From a virus (taxonomy: Duplodnaviria > Caudoviricetes): 64,000 nucleotides of DNA. A program made the position numbers and the translations under genes. Shown in pieces: positions 19,425-29,286 of the stretch. The DNA lies in IMG/VR virus record IMGVR_UViG_3300033463_000011, positions 64,001 to 128,000 of that record; one strand, 5' to 3'. Under the pieces are notes generated by a model. The model was not told the DNA's origin. It ran no database searches and saw only the letters and a program-made list of their open reading frames with translations. Position 1 is the stretch's first letter. Every line of letters starts with the position of its first letter.

Positions 19425-20048
19425 ATGATAGATGAACACGAACTCAATACCTTTGGGGCGGGCAATTCTCAGGATACAATTAGTACCTCAGATGATTTAG
19501 TAAATCCCCTTTTAAGAGAACAACAAGCACAGGCAGCTCAAATGCGAGATGCCCTTTTAACATGTAAGAAAAACGACATAACTTCTGCAAAAGTAGCGTT
19601 ACAAAACATTGCAGTATTACAAGTATACCATCAGGTCGCAAGAATAATAAGATATACAGAAGTAATGGATAGGCTTGAGGATAAGTTATACGCTTCTATA
19701 GATGCAAATCTTGCACAGATGGATGATTTTGATCCAGCTACAATGATGATGCTAACTAAAGTACAAGCCGATTTAATGAAGTCAATGGTTATGTCGCAAG
19801 ATTTACTCAAACCCTATTTAGACATAGATTTAGATGCAATAGCACCTCCTCGAGATGTAAATGAAGAAACATCATTTGGTGCTGCAATATTGCCTAAAGA
19901 ATCTCGAAATGCAATTAGAAACGGCGCACAGGCATTATTGACTGAATTACGCAAGACTGAAACCAAACAACCTGAAGCTGAACCTGCTGAAAACCGTTCA
20001 ACAAGTGAGGAACAAGATGTCAGACCTGATACAGCCGATACGCAGTGA
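19425..20048 (+). CDS. Probable terminase small subunit
   Basis: Helical 207-aa ORF overlapping the large terminase; call is positional. Confidence 0.45.
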   Translation: MIDEHELNTFGAGNSQDTISTSDDLVNPLLREQQAQAAQMRDALLTCKKNDITSAKVALQNIAVLQVYHQVARIIRYTEVMDRLEDKLYASIDANLAQMDDFDPATMMMLTKVQADLMKSMVMSQDLLKPYLDIDLDAIAPPRDVNEETSFGAAILPKESRNAIRNGAQALLTELRKTETKQPEAEPAENRSTSEEQDVRPDTADTQ

Positions 20049-20967
20049 TTCTTTAGATTACGAAGATATCATATCTCGTATTAAAGCTATATACAATAGC
20101 TCCAGTCCGGTTGAGCAGAATTATTTCTTAAAAATCCTTGAAGAACTTGGAGATAAAGGTTATTCAGAAACTCTTGAGCAAGTCTACTTAGTAGATTTCA
20201 AAGAGGTTCCTGTAAGTATTGATAGATTTTTATGCGATCCTGAATACTTAGGTGAAACTAACGATTGTGGTAATCAAATATATCCAGGTTGGTGGAAAGT
20301 ATATAGTAGTGTATTCGATGCTCAGAATGATATTTATGAAGTAATCTTATCCGGAGCTACAAGAATCGGTAAAACATCAACAGCAGTTTCAATGATGTGT
20401 TATATGACATATCTATTGATGTGTTATAGAAATCCTCAAAGATATTTCGGATTAAAGGAAGTTTCCAGAGCAACAATTGGATTTGCTAACTTGACCAAAG
20501 AACTTGCAACTTCAGTTGCTTATCGAGAGTATCACGATACACTGATACAATCTCCTTGGTTTATGAAGCATGGTACAAAGAATAGTAGTGCAACTAAACC
20601 AATATTCATTCCCGAAGGAAATCAGATAGAAATCGTAGCCGCATCAGATGCTGCACACTTGCTCGGCATGCAGTTGTGGGCTTGTTTGGTTGGTGATACA
20701 AAGATAACCACCGATAAGGGAATATTCCCTATATCTGAATTAGATGGTAAATCAGTTAATGTATTGCAATACGATTACGATGCGAAGAAATATTGTTATG
20801 CAAATGCTGATGTTGTAAAAACGAAATATGTTAGCGATACTATAAAAATTACTTTAGAAGACGGTACAGTCTTTGAAGGAACACCTGATCATAAAGTAAT
20901 GCTTGCAGATGGTACATATAAGAGATTAGACGAATTGACTGAGAATGATGAGGTATTTTCATTATGA
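20017..20967 (+). CDS. terL: Terminase large subunit N-part fused to split-intein N half (IntN 20683-20964)
   Basis: Walker A-like GATRIGKT, then ...GMQLWA|CLVGDTKI...FEGTPDHKV (intein blocks A and B), then a stop. Confidence 0.9.
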   Translation: MSDLIQPIRSDSLDYEDIISRIKAIYNSSSPVEQNYFLKILEELGDKGYSETLEQVYLVDFKEVPVSIDRFLCDPEYLGETNDCGNQIYPGWWKVYSSVFDAQNDIYEVILSGATRIGKTSTAVSMMCYMTYLLMCYRNPQRYFGLKEVSRATIGFANLTKELATSVAYREYHDTLIQSPWFMKHGTKNSSATKPIFIPEGNQIEIVAASDAAHLLGMQLWACLVGDTKITTDKGIFPISELDGKSVNVLQYDYDAKKYCYANADVVKTKYVSDTIKITLEDGTVFEGTPDHKVMLADGTYKRLDELTENDEVFSL

Positions 20968-21023
20968 ATGATTATTACAAGGATAGAAAATACTTTGTAT
21001 ATCGACATGTTGCGCCTAATTAA
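20964..21023 (+). pseudogene. GIY-YIG homing endonuclease stub (MNDYYKDRKYFVYRHVAPN*)
   Basis: Resembles the Y-x-V-Y-x-H-x-x-P-N start of GIY-YIG nucleases; ATGA-coupled to IntN. Confidence 0.55.
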
Positions 21024-21038
21024 TTCGGAGGTCTATTA

Positions 21039-22526
21039 ATGAAAGTTGCTAAAATAGAACATATTCATTATGATGACTCAATACCTGTATATGACGTTGT
21101 CAATGCAGGAGACTTACATAATTTTGTAATACACACTGAGGATAGTGATGTTATTGCTCATAACTGTCTCATGGATGAGGTAAACTTCGCACGTGCCGGT
21201 ATAAAAGATATTACTATATCTAAAGGCCAGATGAAGAAAATGTACGATACAGCTAATGCACGTATTACAGGTACATTTAAGCTTGAAGGTAGAATATATG
21301 GTAAAATGTTCACCTGCTCATCTAAGAGTAGTGATAATGATTATCTTTCTGACCACATAGAAAAGCAGATAGATGCAGGCAATACGCATATGTATCTCTT
21401 TGATGAACCTCAGTGGAAAGTATTACCTGCATACAGATTTGGTAAAGAGAAGTTCTATATTACTATCGGTGATAGATATAAGAGAGGTTTCGTTGTCCCT
21501 GATGAAAATTCTGATGAAGAACATTTACAGGAATATAGAAATGAAGGCTATGAGGTCCTGGAAGTTCCTGCGGATTATAAACCTAACTTCAAAGCCGATT
21601 ATGATATCGCTTTAAGAGATATAGCCGGTAGGTCAGTAGTAGGTTCAATGGGTTTCATTACTCAGGAAATGATTACTCCTAATGTAAGCACTACTAGAGT
21701 AAATCCTTTCTTTGAGGATTACTATGAAATCGGCGTAAGAGATAATGATACAATAGAACGTCATTTTCATCTAGAAGTGGTTCCTGCTTACCTCAAGCAA
21801 TTACCTATGTATATTCACATCGACTTCGCTGAAAAGTCAGACCATATTGGCATTTCAGGAGTAGTAACTGATGGTAATAAGACAATATTAGATATTGAAA
21901 CAAATAAGAAGATAATGATGCCATTCTTTAGACAGATGTTCCAAGTAGCTATCGGTGCTCCTAGAGGAGATAAAATGTCATTCCAGAAAGTAATCAACTT
22001 CATACTGTGGTTGAGGCGAAGTGGATTTAATATTGGATTAGTTACTACCGACCAATATCAATCTTCTTATGTAAGAGAGACTTTAGATCAGCAAGGTTTT
22101 GAGACAGATAAGATTTCAGTAGATAGAACAATTGACCCATATATCTCACTTAGAAACTTGCTTCAAGATCAGAGAATCGAATTAGTTAAGTGCGATCTGC
22201 AAGAAATTGAGATGATTAACTTAGAGAGAAATGGAGATAGAATCGACCACAAACCTCAAAGTAATGCAGGAGCAGGTAGCGCTCTACCATGTTTAGCTAA
22301 TGGATACAATAGCAAAGGTATTGGTAAGGACTGTGCAGACGCTCTTTGTGGTGCTTGTTCTACAGCTATCGCCCATCTTGATTTAGTACGGCCTCCTGCA
22401 AAGAATGTTATTAATGCAATAGCATCAGTGAATACAGGAAAGGGTACTGGAATGTTTCCCAATAGATATGGGACAGGAACACGTCAACCACTACCTGGTT
22501 TTGGTAGTCAATATAGAAGATTTTAA
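21039..22526 (+). CDS. terL: Split-intein C half (42 aa, 21039-21164) fused to terminase large subunit C-part
   Basis: MKVAKIE...VYDVV...HNFVI...IAHN|CLMDEVNF; nuclease acidic motifs HIDFA, TDQYQS and KDCADA; GGAGG RBS. Confidence 0.9.
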   Translation: MKVAKIEHIHYDDSIPVYDVVNAGDLHNFVIHTEDSDVIAHNCLMDEVNFARAGIKDITISKGQMKKMYDTANARITGTFKLEGRIYGKMFTCSSKSSDNDYLSDHIEKQIDAGNTHMYLFDEPQWKVLPAYRFGKEKFYITIGDRYKRGFVVPDENSDEEHLQEYRNEGYEVLEVPADYKPNFKADYDIALRDIAGRSVVGSMGFITQEMITPNVSTTRVNPFFEDYYEIGVRDNDTIERHFHLEVVPAYLKQLPMYIHIDFAEKSDHIGISGVVTDGNKTILDIETNKKIMMPFFRQMFQVAIGAPRGDKMSFQKVINFILWLRRSGFNIGLVTTDQYQSSYVRETLDQQGFETDKISVDRTIDPYISLRNLLQDQRIELVKCDLQEIEMINLERNGDRIDHKPQSNAGAGSALPCLANGYNSKGIGKDCADALCGACSTAIAHLDLVRPPAKNVINAIASVNTGKGTGMFPNRYGTGTRQPLPGFGSQYRRF

Positions 22527-22544
22527 TTAAAGGAGGAACACAAA

Positions 22545-24107
22545 ATGCTGTTCACAAAAACCGTTTGTAGTGCCGGTTCGTTAGTATATATCGTACCGAC
22601 CGGACTGCTTGTAACACTCCGCTACGATGCCCATGGAATACTTTACAAAGTGTATCAAGGTATCAATGTATTAGAGGAACTTCCTGAAGATTTCCTCAAA
22701 ACAATTGTACGAATGGGGTTAGTTCCTAATTCTATCAAGCTTCACGGAGGTACAACAGATATTTCTGGTGTATTCTATTCTAATACTATTAAATCCAAGG
22801 AAGGTCTTCTTCCTGATTGCGAATTTAATAGACTTGTAGAAGACATCAAATCTGGCACACCTGGATATAGATTCTATGTAGGTAATGTAGAAAGTGGAGC
22901 AATGCAAATAACTCCATCATCCATGCAAGCTTGGACAAAGATGGTAGGATTTGAATCGTTACCTTGTTGGGCAGTTCCAATTAATGCAACTGAAGAAACA
23001 CTTAGATCATATATAACAGATAACACATATATTCCTTTTGAATATCCTTTGCTTTCAGGATTCTTTATATTTGAAGGTCAGAATAAGGCAAAGTATTATG
23101 ATTTGCATTTAAAAACAGCTACAATATCAGAGAAACCCGAAAGATTTACTGATCATGACGGTTATATCAAATACGGTTTAGCTTATGGTAATAATGAGTC
23201 TATCAGCATTGATTATCCCGATGCTGTTAAATTCAATATTCAAAAAGGATCTCAAGTTGTTTTTGATGGAGATAAAATTATCTGGAGCGACACTAAATCT
23301 TTAGAAGATAAGTTACCTACAAGAACTGTATGCACATATTGCAACAAGATTCTTGATGTACCTTCTAATGGCCCAATGACTTGTTCTGATGATTTTTGTA
23401 TCTCTAAGTTATATCCTAGAATCCAGAGATTCTGTAAAATACTTGGTTTAGAAGAATTAACTATAGAAGAATTTGATAAAGCAATTACTAAACAGCAGAT
23501 TCAGATACTTCCTGATCTATTGTTGCTTCCAAAGTATTCTGATATTAAGATTAAGAATCATCTGTCCGAAGTACTTCTTGCAAGCATAAATGGCGATGTA
23601 GGAATGAATAGAGAATGGCTGGTTAAGTTCTGCAATAAATGTAACAATTCTTATAAGACTGTTAAATATTATTTTGAAGGTCCTAGAAGAATTGCAACTG
23701 AATTAGATATGCAATTGCCTCCGAGATTTGGTAATTGGTTAGCAGAACCTCGCAATCTTATTGAGTTAGATACAATAATGAACTCAGAACAAATTGAATT
23801 GCTTGAAGCAAATCGAATTGTTAAGTTTGACGGAATGCCTCTTCTTAGAAATAAGAAACTAATGATAACAGGAACATTTATGCATGGGTCTACCGAAGAT
23901 ATAGTTGCCATATTACAAAGCTACTCTGCAGAGGTTGTAACTCAATTTGATAAAAAGGTTCAATGCGTCATTGTTGGAGACATCAAAGAAAACATTGATG
24001 GGCTTGCTATTCAAGCTGCAAGAGAATTAGATCTTCCAATGTTTACAGAGAGTGAATTCTTTGCAAGATACCAGATAGACGAAGACCTTGAGAAATTCTT
24101 GAAGTAA
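22545..24107 (+). CDS. NAD-dependent DNA ligase homologue, apparently inactive, with C-terminal BRCT
   Basis: LigA-like layout with Zn finger CTYC...C...C and BRCT (ITGTF), but KxDG is replaced by VPTG. Confidence 0.65.
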   Translation: MLFTKTVCSAGSLVYIVPTGLLVTLRYDAHGILYKVYQGINVLEELPEDFLKTIVRMGLVPNSIKLHGGTTDISGVFYSNTIKSKEGLLPDCEFNRLVEDIKSGTPGYRFYVGNVESGAMQITPSSMQAWTKMVGFESLPCWAVPINATEETLRSYITDNTYIPFEYPLLSGFFIFEGQNKAKYYDLHLKTATISEKPERFTDHDGYIKYGLAYGNNESISIDYPDAVKFNIQKGSQVVFDGDKIIWSDTKSLEDKLPTRTVCTYCNKILDVPSNGPMTCSDDFCISKLYPRIQRFCKILGLEELTIEEFDKAITKQQIQILPDLLLLPKYSDIKIKNHLSEVLLASINGDVGMNREWLVKFCNKCNNSYKTVKYYFEGPRRIATELDMQLPPRFGNWLAEPRNLIELDTIMNSEQIELLEANRIVKFDGMPLLRNKKLMITGTFMHGSTEDIVAILQSYSAEVVTQFDKKVQCVIVGDIKENIDGLAIQAARELDLPMFTESEFFARYQIDEDLEKFLK

Positions 24108-24143
24108 CCTTGTATGTATTTATAAAGTTGGAGGATTCTCAGA

Positions 24144-25673
24144 ATGCCTAGATGGTTAGATAAATTATTTGGACCCCGAAAGCTTAACCTTCCTTCTCGT
24201 TTGAGAAGTACTGTTTGCGTAGGCGGTACATTTTACAAGATATCCGATCTTCGCGGAGATTCAGATATTGAAGATATTAGGACACAGATAACAGTAATGA
24301 GAGCACTTGCAAGAGACTCTCAAATCAGCACTGCTTTATCTTATTATGCAACAGATGCTACTACGCCAAATACTGCAGGCGACGTTATTTGGGCAACTGC
24401 AATAGATGAAAATCATCAGCAAGTGGCTGATATTATAAATACTTGCTTCAAAAGATGGCGAGTAAACGATTACGCAAGAGACCATATTCTTGAGTTAGCT
24501 ACAATTGGTCAGCTATATATGCCAACAACGGAAATGTATAGAGTACCTGGAGCTCATCAGAATAGAAACCTTGTATCTTTAGACGATAATACACTTCCTA
24601 ACATGGAATATGACATTATTCCGTCATATATGATACCGCCTGAGGATATTATTCACTTGTGGTATCAAGGACAACCTCAAGGTTACCTTTATCAAGAAAC
24701 TGCAAATGCTAATACTTCGTCGTTCTCCGGTGAACAGATAATCAGCTATCCTGAATCTTCTGTAATTCATTTTTCATTAGGCGGATTACTTGGAAACTAT
24801 AGCATTACAGGCACAGATAATCAAGGTAATGCTGTAAGTTATGATATTCAATTTGCAGAACCTATATTATCACAAGCAGTTCAGCCTACACAAACATTAA
24901 GTCTTTTAGAGGACGCTATGTTACTTTCTTCGTTAACTCGTACAGTAAGATTCATCAACGTAGATTGCGGTACAACCACTGAGGAAGATGAAATAAGACA
25001 AAATCTGCAAATAATTAAAGACATGATTGAGCAGCAATTAGCGCTTAATACAGCTACAGGTAATGCAGAAAGTTTTGTAAATCCTCAGAGCCCTAATAAC
25101 TTAATCTATCTTGCTAAAGTAAATGGCCAAGATGCTGTATCTATTACAGACCTTAACATGGGTGAGCCTACAGAAAGTGAGAATAAACTTCTTGATTATT
25201 ATCAAGATAAGAAGTTATCTGTATTGGGCGTTCCTAAAGAAGCAATGAATTTTTCCTCTGCTGAAGGTTTAGGCGGTGCAGGTGCTGTAATGTCACAAAG
25301 ATCTGCATTATATGCTAATCACTTGCTTCGAATTGAAACAGCTTATAAAAATGGTTGGCGAGATGCGCTTAACAAATACTTCGAATCAAGAAATATGAGC
25401 GGATTTAAGGATAAGTATATTCTTAATATGTCTCCTATTATCACAAACATGGATCAAGTACAATTTGAGAAGCGTGATGCGTCTATTCAGCAGGCAGCTT
25501 CACTTATTGATTTGCTTAAGAACTTAGGCGTAGAGGAAAATGATGCTTATAAGAAAGCATTAACTGAAATATTGACACAAGCATTCCCTCAAACCGGTGC
25601 ATCAGTTATGAAATGGGATATCAATGTTGAATCCGGCGGAGAAGAGGGCGAAGGCGGAATGGGAGGATTTTAA
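24144..25673 (+). CDS. Portal protein
   Basis: 509 aa with DSQISTALSYYATDA, LLEDAMLLSSLTR and YYQDKKLSVLGVPK, a T4 gp20-like pattern; lies downstream of the terminase. Confidence 0.75.
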   Translation: MPRWLDKLFGPRKLNLPSRLRSTVCVGGTFYKISDLRGDSDIEDIRTQITVMRALARDSQISTALSYYATDATTPNTAGDVIWATAIDENHQQVADIINTCFKRWRVNDYARDHILELATIGQLYMPTTEMYRVPGAHQNRNLVSLDDNTLPNMEYDIIPSYMIPPEDIIHLWYQGQPQGYLYQETANANTSSFSGEQIISYPESSVIHFSLGGLLGNYSITGTDNQGNAVSYDIQFAEPILSQAVQPTQTLSLLEDAMLLSSLTRTVRFINVDCGTTTEEDEIRQNLQIIKDMIEQQLALNTATGNAESFVNPQSPNNLIYLAKVNGQDAVSITDLNMGEPTESENKLLDYYQDKKLSVLGVPKEAMNFSSAEGLGGAGAVMSQRSALYANHLLRIETAYKNGWRDALNKYFESRNMSGFKDKYILNMSPIITNMDQVQFEKRDASIQQAASLIDLLKNLGVEENDAYKKALTEILTQAFPQTGASVMKWDINVESGGEEGEGGMGGF

Positions 25674-25921
25674 ATGAAAGCATACAAATCTTACAAATTT
25701 AGAATCTACCCTGATTTTGATCAAAAAACTAAATTAAATAAAACTTTTGGATGTGTCAGATTTATATATAACAAAATGCTTGAAGATAAGAAGGATTATC
25801 TATGTTAACTATTTAAACTTATATTGAACCGTAGGAACTACGGAGATAGCTCGTTGATACTTAAAACAGTAGTTTTATTGAGCGAGAATCTAATTCTAAT
25901 GTAATTTAGAAAGGAGTTCAC
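25674..25921 (+). mobile_element. Internally deleted IS605/TnpB mini-element (44-aa TnpB N-terminal stub plus right-end omegaRNA region)
   Basis: MKAYKSYKFRIYP...KTFGCVRFIYNKML (25674-25808), then ACCGTAGGAACTACGG.GATAGC, a hairpin and a GTTCAC end. Confidence 0.75.
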
Positions 25922-25924
25922 ACC

Positions 25925-26278
25925 GTGAGATCTTCAAAAGAACTAACTGACATATTTTTCAAAAACTTAAAAGATTATAACTCAACTAATTTCAAAACTC
26001 TTGAAAAGGCAGACCTGTCTAAATATAATGCTGTAACTCATAAAGCGTTTAGTTCAGTACTCACTCGTTATTTCATATTCATAGAAAAGAACCCAGAAAT
26101 AACTGATGAAGAAAACAAAGTATTATACTTTAAGCTTAAGTTAGACATGATTGGAACTTATTTTAGTCAGTATCCTGAAAGTGATACCAATTATTTAAGA
26201 GGATTTCAATTAGAGTTGCGAGATTGGATAAAAGAACACAAAGAATATCTAGAAGACACTGAGAGGGCTACTGCATGA
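25925..26278 (+). CDS. Hypothetical protein (head region)
   Basis: GTG start; its AAGGAG lies inside the mini-element end. Confidence 0.6.
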   Translation: MRSSKELTDIFFKNLKDYNSTNFKTLEKADLSKYNAVTHKAFSSVLTRYFIFIEKNPEITDEENKVLYFKLKLDMIGTYFSQYPESDTNYLRGFQLELRDWIKEHKEYLEDTERATA

Positions 26279-26910
26279 ATGCTCCATTACGTTACAACAT
26301 ATCCAATTGGCTTCAGTTATCTGAATGTAAATCAAACAATTCGACCGATTTATATATTACAGTTAGGCAAATAATAGATGACGGTAGTCATAGATTAAGT
26401 GGTACATCTATATTAGTTCAGCATACTCAATATGGCACACTTTTTGCTTGCTTAGTAAATTCTAAAGGAAGTTTATTAACTCCTGACCCTGAATCTGGAA
26501 TAATTAAAGAATTTAGTACAGATGAAATCCTTGCAGAGTTAAACAAGTTTGGATTTGATGTAACCTTTGAAATTAATCAACATCTTAGCGGAGAACAAAT
26601 TTCTTATCTTATCACATTATCTGGTCTTAATTATGATAAGATAAGAAAACTCCCTGTATTTGAATACGATACAATGGGCAATAAATTATTTTCTGAATAC
26701 ATTGTTGCATTTAACGTAGAACATTGTCCTGATTGGATTGATGTAGATTATGTTTGCCGCAAATCGGATTTCTTAGAAAAGTTAAACGACGGAGTAGCAT
26801 CTAACCTAACATATATGAGTCAAACACAATTATTTGATTGGACTTGGCTTACTTATGTAGCAAACATTGATGACATTATTGAAGATAACGGATATGGAGA
26901 AGACGAGTAA
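26275..26910 (+). CDS. Hypothetical virion protein
   Basis: Coupled ORF in the portal operon. Confidence 0.5.
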   Translation: MNAPLRYNISNWLQLSECKSNNSTDLYITVRQIIDDGSHRLSGTSILVQHTQYGTLFACLVNSKGSLLTPDPESGIIKEFSTDEILAELNKFGFDVTFEINQHLSGEQISYLITLSGLNYDKIRKLPVFEYDTMGNKLFSEYIVAFNVEHCPDWIDVDYVCRKSDFLEKLNDGVASNLTYMSQTQLFDWTWLTYVANIDDIIEDNGYGEDE

Positions 26911-27455
26911 TGGCTCAACACTTAATAGGTCCAGATATAAAGTTGATGCGAAAGCGCTACGATGACGCACTTTCTATGCAAGGAGTTCCTTGTACTTATC
27001 AGTTTCCTAATCTTGCAAAAGCAAACGAGCAAGGTGAACCAGAAATTGATTCTTATTCAGAACCTATGGACACATATATCTTCTTTGAAGGTAACGTAAA
27101 AGCAACAACATTTAAGAGATACGGGTGGGTTGTAGATAACTCTAAAGAACTTCCATTTTTAATCCACTGTAGCTGGAACTTACCTAAAGTACAAAAAGAC
27201 AGTATTTTTACAATGTCAGGATTATATTCTGAACTAACCGAAAGAAAATTCAGAGTTACTGAGATTACTTATGACATGGTTGCAGCGGATCATCTCGTTT
27301 GCCAAGTAGTTCCGATAGCAAATGGGCAGCCTATCGTTGGAAGAACAAGAAAAGAAATTTCACAAACCTTTAATTCTTCTAGCCACTTTCTTAAAAAAGA
27401 CTCTGATTATCGTGGTGATACATATAGCGGAACTTACCATCCAGGAGATAAGTAA
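26910..27455 (+). CDS. Putative head closure/neck protein
   Basis: Position and size; beta-rich with KFRVTEI. Confidence 0.45.
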   Translation: MAQHLIGPDIKLMRKRYDDALSMQGVPCTYQFPNLAKANEQGEPEIDSYSEPMDTYIFFEGNVKATTFKRYGWVVDNSKELPFLIHCSWNLPKVQKDSIFTMSGLYSELTERKFRVTEITYDMVAADHLVCQVVPIANGQPIVGRTRKEISQTFNSSSHFLKKDSDYRGDTYSGTYHPGDK

Positions 27456-28090
27456 TGATTTATCTTTATGACCGAGCAATTGCAGATGATTTACAAAAAT
27501 CAATAAATTCTGAAAACGCAGAACCTAATGTGTTTATAGCAGATGCTGAAACATACGCTGGAGTATTTGCTCAAGTAAAAGAAGATACAATAACATATCC
27601 TATAATTTTGCTTGCAAGAGATCCGGATATGCCAGTAATAACTGATTTATGCAATTTTACTCGGTCACATTTCGGAGTACCTGCAGCTTTTGACAATAAA
27701 ACAAATACAATATACAACGAGCGGGCATTACCTGTAGATATTCGATATACATTAAGAATAATATCTACAAATGTAGCGGATTCAGATGAGTTAGCCCGGG
27801 AATTATTCTATAAATACTTATCGATGTATTATTTAACAATACAGCTTCCATATGAATCTGATAGAAAAATAAGATTTGGAATTGAAGTTGATAAAGATTA
27901 TGGAATAAAAAGAGAGTCAGGTAGTTTTGAATACCTCAAAAGTGGAGCGCTATATCAATCAACACTGCATCTTAACACGCAAGGTTGCGTATCGTTAACT
28001 TACACAGGACGTCATGTTCAAAGAATCGTTTATAATACAAAAGATATTCAAATAGAAAGTCCCGCAGGACCTGATGATAAGAAAGGGTAA
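27455..28090 (+). CDS. Putative tail terminator/neck protein
   Basis: YPIILLAR...PVDIRYTLRI...DELARE, a gp15/tail-completion-like pattern. Confidence 0.5.
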   Translation: MIYLYDRAIADDLQKSINSENAEPNVFIADAETYAGVFAQVKEDTITYPIILLARDPDMPVITDLCNFTRSHFGVPAAFDNKTNTIYNERALPVDIRYTLRIISTNVADSDELARELFYKYLSMYYLTIQLPYESDRKIRFGIEVDKDYGIKRESGSFEYLKSGALYQSTLHLNTQGCVSLTYTGRHVQRIVYNTKDIQIESPAGPDDKKG

Positions 28091-28095
28091 GAAAT

Positions 28096-28449
28096 ATGAA
28101 AAAGACTGGTAGAAAACTTCCTTCAAACATTACAGCAGCTTCTAAGCCTAATGTGAAACTCAGAGTTGAATTTGAAACTTATGAACGCTTCGGCTCTGGA
28201 CAAATACGTAAAGCTACAGTTTCGGGAAACACATTATTAGATGCTCTTAAGAAAATGGTAGATAACATGCAGTTATATCTAGAATCTGATATGATAGAAG
28301 AAGAGAATATGACAGCAGAACAAGTTATTGAGGATATCGCAGGCTCTAATGGAGATGGTTGCGATTTTATCTTCTTATTAAAAAACCTTACAACTGGAGA
28401 AGTTTATATTGAAGAAGATTATTCTGAAGAAGATGAAGATTGGGACTAA
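28096..28449 (+). CDS. Protein with a basic N-terminus and an ITAAS site
   Basis: MKKTGRKLPSNITAASK; acidic C-terminus. Confidence 0.55.
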   Translation: MKKTGRKLPSNITAASKPNVKLRVEFETYERFGSGQIRKATVSGNTLLDALKKMVDNMQLYLESDMIEEENMTAEQVIEDIAGSNGDGCDFIFLLKNLTTGEVYIEEDYSEEDEDWD

Positions 28450-29286
28450 TCACTTCTTATAAGAATAAACAACTTTCTCAGTAAAATAAAACGGCACATA
28501 GTTATCAATTTCAGATTGAGATATGTGCCATTTATTATGTTCACCATTCCACCATATTTTCTTTTTACTAGTTTTATTAATAATTTTAAGTCCCCACACA
28601 GGATAAGCATCAGTGTTAAACGAATTATCTAAACTATCTTTAATCACTATTTCTGGAATTTCAAACATTTCATTTAGATAGCGCAAAAGCATAAATGTAC
28701 CATGATTAATTTTATAGCCTCGTCGAGTAACATTTGAAATAATTTGATTTCCTTTTAGAACATAGCATTGACAGATAGTTTCTTTGTCAACCCAAGCCAT
28801 TCGCAACAATGAATTATCATATATAGGGCTGTGCCCGTTTTCTTTTAAGAATCTATTAATTTCTTTCTGGCTAACTTTATAATGTAATTCAAGTTCATTG
28901 GTTTCAAAAATAACTTGAGGATACAACTTCTCTAAAATTAAAATAATATTATCATAATAATTAATACGAATATAATTATAATTCATATTTATAACAGGGT
29001 AGTATTCAAAATCCAATAACAGATCTTTATCCGGAATATACAACCTGTATAAGTGCCCATCAATTCTTTCATTCCAACTGTAGTCAATATTGCGAGAAGA
29101 CAGCCATTGAGTAGCTTGATTAACTTTTTGTTCAACTAATTCCTCAAATTGTTTATAAACTTCGGAGCTTTTATTCGGCCGGCAAATATTAACATACTCC
29201 TCGCATTGACGAATATTTTCTACACCAAATTTATCATATATTGTTTGCTTCGCTTTATTGTTTAACATTGTACCTATATTTTTCAA
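28450..29286 (-). CDS. Degenerate homing endonuclease-like protein
   Basis: The only long credible minus-strand gene. KFGVENI motif and LYIPDKDLLLDFE (a degenerate Vsr/PD-(D/E)XK-like motif); divergent from the tail-tube gene. Confidence 0.45.
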   Translation of the reverse strand: MKNIGTMLNNKAKQTIYDKFGVENIRQCEEYVNICRPNKSSEVYKQFEELVEQKVNQATQWLSSRNIDYSWNERIDGHLYRLYIPDKDLLLDFEYYPVINMNYNYIRINYYDNIILILEKLYPQVIFETNELELHYKVSQKEINRFLKENGHSPIYDNSLLRMAWVDKETICQCYVLKGNQIISNVTRRGYKINHGTFMLLRYLNEMFEIPEIVIKDSLDNSFNTDAYPVWGLKIINKTSKKKIWWNGEHNKWHISQSEIDNYVPFYFTEKVVYSYKK

